From assembly GCA_964475485.1 (NCBI GenBank), contig CAYYWY010000012.1, forward strand, positions 1 through 62,530: 62,530 nt of DNA, given 5' to 3'. Numbering within the stretch: position 1 is the first letter of the stretch; each line of letters starts with the position of its first letter. This DNA is from an uncultured Nitrospiraceae bacterium (GTDB taxonomy: Bacteria > Nitrospirota > Thermodesulfovibrionia > Thermodesulfovibrionales > UBA9159). The notes below the pieces were generated by a model, which was not told where the DNA came from, did no database searches, and saw only the letters and a program-made list of their open reading frames with translations. The position numbers and the translations under genes were made by a program. Of the stretch, positions 58,088-62,530 are shown piece after piece.

Positions 58088-58786
58088 ATGGCTCCAAAAA
58101 AGATACTTGTGGTCGATGATGAGCCGGATATTGTCGAACTCGTTTCCTATAACCTGAAGAAAGAGGGTTTCGATGTCTCATCGGCTTTTGAGGGGGAGGA
58201 GGCGCTTACCAAGATCCGAAAAGGGAGGTTCGATTTCCTCATCCTCGACCTTATGCTACCCGGACTCCAGGGTATGGAACTCTGCCGCATCCTGAGAAAC
58301 GACCCCAAGACGAGAAACCTGCCGATAATCATGCTCACAGCAAAAGGTGAAGAGGTTGACAGGGTCCTCGGTCTCGAAATGGGAGCGGACGACTACCTGA
58401 TAAAGCCGTTCAGTCCGAGGGAACTCCTGGCCAGGATAAGGGCAGTTCTGAGAAGATCGGAAGAGAAAGCTCCCGAAGAAGCTGTTGTCAGGATAGGGGA
58501 TATTGTAATGGACAAGGAGCGCTACACCGTAACCGCAAGAGGAAGGCCCGTCAATCTCAGCGCTAAGGAGTTCAAACTGCTTCTGTACCTCGTTGAAAGA
58601 AAGGGGAGGGTATTCAGCAGGGACCAGCTCCTTGACGCAATCTGGAGAGACGAGGCGTTTGTGGAGCCGAGGACCGTTGATGTCGCTATAAGGAGGCTGA
58701 GATCGCAGGTCGAGGAGGACCCATCTCGCCCTCAATACATAAAAACAAAAAGGGGCATCGGGTATTACGTGGATGCCGGGACATGA
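58088..58786 (+). CDS. phoB: PhoB-type OmpR-family response regulator
   Basis: ILVVDDE, LDLMLP, LTAKGEE, RTVDV; paired with a PhoR-like kinase; Pho-box-like sites nearby. Confidence 0.85.
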   Translation: MAPKKILVVDDEPDIVELVSYNLKKEGFDVSSAFEGEEALTKIRKGRFDFLILDLMLPGLQGMELCRILRNDPKTRNLPIIMLTAKGEEVDRVLGLEMGADDYLIKPFSPRELLARIRAVLRRSEEKAPEEAVVRIGDIVMDKERYTVTARGRPVNLSAKEFKLLLYLVERKGRVFSRDQLLDAIWRDEAFVEPRTVDVAIRRLRSQVEEDPSRPQYIKTKRGIGYYVDAGT

Positions 58787-60516
58787 AACGGAATATTTTC
58801 AGGCGCATCTTTATCCTGTACGCCCTTGTGACATTACTGGCGGTTTTCATCGCAGAAGTCTATATTGCATCTGCCGTCAGGAAGAGTTACGTCGAGAACC
58901 TCGAAGGGCGTCTTCTGGCCCAGATAAATCTCATCACAAGGAATTTACCCTTCGGTCAGTCCAATATAGACGCTCTCTGCAGGGAGTTTAAGAGGGACAC
59001 TGGCGCCAGGGTGACGGTCATTGCGCCTGACGGGAGGGTCATTGGCGACTCAGACACTGATTCGTCCCTCATGGACAACCATCTCCAGCGGGAAGAGATA
59101 GTGCAGTCGCTTCTTTCCGGCACGGGCATAGCGATACGATACAGCGATACTATGAAGTATGATTTTCTCTATGTATCGAAAATGATCACCAGGGGCGAAA
59201 AAGAGGAAGGGTTCATAAGACTGTCTGTGCCGCTCAATGAGGTGAATAATGCGGTGAATCTTCTAAGGATAAGGCTTGTTCTTGTCGTTGCCATTGCTTT
59301 GCTCGCAACATGGGGCGTGTCTCTATGGCAGACCGGCCATTTAAGAAAGCTCCTTGTGCAGATAACGGACTTCTCGAGGTCATTATCGAGGGGAGAGATA
59401 GAAAAGAGGCTCTTTCTTGAAAACGCCGGGGAATTCACAGAGATTGCTGACAATCTGACTTCGATGTCCTTCAAACTGCAGGAGGTGATACAACTCAGCG
59501 AAGAGGAAAAGAATCGCCTGAACGCGATATTGAAAAGCATTCCCGATGCCCTCTTGATAATAAGCGCGAAGGGCGCCGTGACTCTCTCGAGCACTTCGGC
59601 AAGGAAATTCTTCGGGGATATTCCGCTGACGGGAATGCAGTTTGTGGAGGTAGTTAGAAATCATGAATTCTCCGATCTGATACAGGAAGTGCGCAGGAGC
59701 CTTTCTCCCGGCATGACGGAATTCAAAATGGAGACCCCTTCGGAAAAACATCTCAGCGTGAGAGTTTCACCGCTCTTTTACGGAGAACATGAGCTATCAG
59801 GCTTTGTGGCCGTGTTCCATGACATCACTGAAAGCAGAAAGCTCGAACAGGTCAGGAAGGACTTTGTCGCCAACGTCTCCCATGAGATCAAGACCCCGAT
59901 CACCGCGATCAGGGGGTTTGCCGATACCCTCCTTGAAGGAGCCCTTGATGACAGGGAGAACGCGTCAAGATTCATCCAAACGATCAAGTCCAACAGCGAG
60001 CGTATCAACTGTCTTGTTGACGATCTCATGACTATCTCGAAGATAGAGCTCGGAGTGATTCAGGTCGAAAAATCCGAGATCTACTCCGTGGATGTCTTCG
60101 ACAGCGTGAGCGAGCTTTTCAAGGACATGGCCGCTTCTAAAAACCTCTATCTCCGAGTATCGGTAAATCCCGGGGTTATGAAGATTAGTGCAGACCGGGA
60201 CAGACTCATCCAGATACTGACGAACCTTGTGGACAATGCAATAAAGTTTACCGAAACAGGAGGGGTGACTTTCGGCGCGGACCAGGAGGACGGAAAGACC
60301 TTTCTGTTTGTAGAGGACACCGGCATAGGGGTCCCTGCGAAACACCTTTCGAGGCTTGGGGAGAGGTTTTACAGGGTCGATCCTGCCCGTTCAAGGAAGA
60401 TGGGGGGCACGGGGCTCGGCCTTGCAATCGTCAAGCATCTGGTGAAGGCTCATGGCTGGACCATGCATATTGAGAGCATCCATGGCAAGGGCACAAAAGT
60501 CAGGATTTTTCTGTAA
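58783..60516 (+). CDS. phoR: PhoR-type sensor kinase (Cache-like, HAMP, PAS, HisKA, HATPase)
   Basis: RKDFVANVSHEIKTP, ERFYRVDPARSR, GGTGLGLAIVKH. Confidence 0.88.
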   Translation: MKRNIFRRIFILYALVTLLAVFIAEVYIASAVRKSYVENLEGRLLAQINLITRNLPFGQSNIDALCREFKRDTGARVTVIAPDGRVIGDSDTDSSLMDNHLQREEIVQSLLSGTGIAIRYSDTMKYDFLYVSKMITRGEKEEGFIRLSVPLNEVNNAVNLLRIRLVLVVAIALLATWGVSLWQTGHLRKLLVQITDFSRSLSRGEIEKRLFLENAGEFTEIADNLTSMSFKLQEVIQLSEEEKNRLNAILKSIPDALLIISAKGAVTLSSTSARKFFGDIPLTGMQFVEVVRNHEFSDLIQEVRRSLSPGMTEFKMETPSEKHLSVRVSPLFYGEHELSGFVAVFHDITESRKLEQVRKDFVANVSHEIKTPITAIRGFADTLLEGALDDRENASRFIQTIKSNSERINCLVDDLMTISKIELGVIQVEKSEIYSVDVFDSVSELFKDMAASKNLYLRVSVNPGVMKISADRDRLIQILTNLVDNAIKFTETGGVTFGADQEDGKTFLFVEDTGIGVPAKHLSRLGERFYRVDPARSRKMGGTGLGLAIVKHLVKAHGWTMHIESIHGKGTKVRIFL

Positions 60517-60566
60517 CGCAACTGTAACGCTTTTTTCACACCATGGCAACATCCCTTCAGTATACT
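60511..60566 (+). promoter_or_regulatory. Pho-box array and -10 element
   Basis: Half-sites at 11-bp period: CTGTAAC 60511, CTGTAAC 60522, TTTTCAC 60533, TGGCAAC 60544; then 10 bp and TATACT at 60561. Confidence 0.7.
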
Positions 60567-60593
60567 GTGTTGGAGACATACGTCCTTGAAGCT

Positions 60594-61289
60594 ATGACAA
60601 ACACATAAAAGATACTGGTAATCGACGATGAGCCGGACATAGCGGATCTGGCTGCCTACAACCTCAAGAAAGAGGGATTTGCCGTCTTGACCGCATTGGA
60701 CGGAGAAACGGCCCTTGAGAAGATCAGGGAGAAGGCATTTGATATCATTGTGCTGGATCTTATGCTTCCGGGTATTCAGGGTATGGAACTCTGCCGCATT
60801 TTGAGAAACGATGCGAAGACAAAAGACCTGCCTATCATCATGCTGACCGCAAAGGGGGAAGAGATAGACAAGGTCCTCGGGCTCGAATCAGGCACCGACG
60901 ACTATCTCACAAAGCCATTCAGCCCGAGGGAACTCGTGGCGAGGGTGAAGGCGGTCCTTCGCAGGCTCGCAGAGCATCCCACGGAGGAAAAGATTATCCA
61001 TATCAGGGATTTGGTGATTGATAAGGAGCAATACCTGGTCACTAAACGGGGGGTTCCCTTGACGCTCAGTTCGACCGAGTTCAAGCTTCTCTTCTATTTA
61101 GCCGCAAGGAAGGGAAAGGTGTTCACCCGCGAACAGCTCCTTGACCCCGTATGGAAGCAGGAGGCGTTCGTCGAGCCAAGGACCGTGGATGTCCATGTAA
61201 GAAGAATCAGGGCACAGATTGAAGACGACCCGCCATATCCGGTGTATATCAAGACGCGGAAAGGAGTCGGCTACTACTTTGATGGATAG
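60594..61289 (+). pseudogene. phoB: Second phoB paralogue with a premature stop at codon 5
   Basis: ATG ACA AAC ACA TAA AAG ATA CTG GTA ATC GAC GAT GAG = MTNT*KILVIDDEPDI, in frame with ORF 60687-61289 and colinear with phoB at 58088. Confidence 0.75.
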
Positions 61290-62530
61290 ATGCACCGTTG
61301 GTTCTGCTTTCCGTCAGCGATTCCTCTGGGGCGTTGCCACATCTGCCTTTCAGCTTGAGGGGTCGCCTTACGCGGACTGGGCCTCCTGGGACTCGATACT
61401 GAGCGAGAAACCTGATGTGACAAATCACTACAGTCTTTATAAGGAAGACCTGGCCTTGCTCAAGGATCTCGGCGTGAATGCCTACAGGTTTTCGCTCGAA
61501 TGGAGCAGGATCCAGCCCTTTGAGAACAGATGGGACGACGGGGCGGTGGCACACTACAGGGAGATTGTTGATATCCTGAACGCCGGCAATATCGAACCGG
61601 TTGTCACACTGCACCACTTCACCCATCCGCTCTGGTTCATAGGGAAATATCCGTGGCATGATGACTCGTCGGTGGAGAAGTTTATGACCTTTGCGGAAAG
61701 GATCGTATCCGCCTTAAAGGGCGTACGGTACTGGATTACCTTCAATGAACCATATGTTCTTGTCCTTGCCGGTTATTTCGAGGGGTGTACTCCCCCGGGG
61801 AAGAAGGATGTGCTGCTCGGAGTGAAGGCATTGACGAACATCTTAAAGGCCCATGGGGCTGCGTACGATCTTATTCATGCTCATTGTTCCGATGCCATGG
61901 TGAGCGTAGCCCACAATATGGCTGCCCTTGCGCCATGGAGAAGGTGGAATCCATTAGACAGGCTGCTCGCAAAGATAGCGAAGTATTTTTACAACCATTC
62001 ACTCCTTGACGCATTTCTGACAGGTAAATTAATGATAAAGCTGCCGTTTAAAAATCCGGTCGAGATCAATGTGCCGATAAAAGGCAAATTAGACTTTTTC
62101 GGTGTCAATTATTACACGAGAATTCATATAAGGTTCAATCCATTCAAAAAGATGGGTGTTGAATTAAGACACAGAGATATTGAAGGCTATGGTCTTACTG
62201 ACCTCGGATGGGAGGTGCATCCTCATGGACTCGAAAAGGTATTGCGCTATGCATCGAAACTCAATGCCCTCCTGATAATAACGGAAAACGGCATAGCGAC
62301 CCATGACAGCGAAAATAAGATAAAGTTCATGAAAAGACATGTGGATGTGATCGAAAGGTGTATTAAAGACGGCATGGATGTGAGGGGCTATTTCTGCTGG
62401 TCCCTGATTGACAACTATGAATGGCTTCAGGGACTCGATGCAAGATTCGGACTTTACAAGGTGGATTTCTGTACACTAAAACGCAAGCCCACCAATGCAG
62501 CGGCATATTATTCTTATCTCATAAAAAGCA
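61282..62530 (+). CDS. Glycoside hydrolase family 1 (beta-glucosidase-like), 3'-partial
   Basis: Hand translation: FLWGVATSAFQLEG, YRFSLEWSRI, WITFNEP (61741), ITENG (62281), WSLIDNYEW, RFGLY. No stop before the window end, hence absent from the ORF track. Confidence 0.93.
   Translation, partial: MDRCTVGSAFRQRFLWGVATSAFQLEGSPYADWASWDSILSEKPDVTNHYSLYKEDLALLKDLGVNAYRFSLEWSRIQPFENRWDDGAVAHYREIVDILNAGNIEPVVTLHHFTHPLWFIGKYPWHDDSSVEKFMTFAERIVSALKGVRYWITFNEPYVLVLAGYFEGCTPPGKKDVLLGVKALTNILKAHGAAYDLIHAHCSDAMVSVAHNMAALAPWRRWNPLDRLLAKIAKYFYNHSLLDAFLTGKLMIKLPFKNPVEINVPIKGKLDFFGVNYYTRIHIRFNPFKKMGVELRHRDIEGYGLTDLGWEVHPHGLEKVLRYASKLNALLIITENGIATHDSENKIKFMKRHVDVIERCIKDGMDVRGYFCWSLIDNYEWLQGLDARFGLYKVDFCTLKRKPTNAAAYYSYLIKS

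Noticed and set aside
60606-60608. Recoding of the stop in the second phoB
   Set aside because: It is TAA at a Lys position, not a Sec (TGA) or Pyl (TAG) context, and I saw no hairpin after it.

Overview
Chromosomal window from a bacterium; gene content and repeat types suggest Nitrospirota (Thermodesulfovibrionia-like) or a related anaerobe, which is inference only. Left to right: a catalytically dead trypsin-like/TPR protein, L,D-transpeptidase, SAM methyltransferase, an unannotated small selenoprotein with an in-frame UGA and a SECIS-like hairpin (missing from the ORF track), alanine dehydrogenase, thermonuclease, threonine ammonia-lyase, and a complete type II secretion operon gspC-N. Next come two sigma54 activator modules with their probable targets, TetR + RND and TolC/MacAB-type efflux systems, and a PilZ protein. 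An oxidative pentose phosphate cluster (tal, gnd, zwf, pgl) is interrupted by vapBC, and a divergent operon puts a Rieske protein and a cytochrome b-c fusion directly in front of a full nuoA-N complex I. The window ends with phoBR, a nonsense-disrupted phoB paralogue under Pho boxes, and a GH1 glycosidase running off the end. Most notable: the hidden selenoprotein; a secretin ending in a subtilase-prodomain-like module; a different 7-bp tandem repeat in the cleavable leader of each of the five pseudopilins, amid many nested palindromic micro-elements; and the bc-complex/complex I operon with a PEWN Qo motif. I saw no rRNA, tRNA, CRISPR array or transposase. Family assignments come from motif recognition, not database searches.
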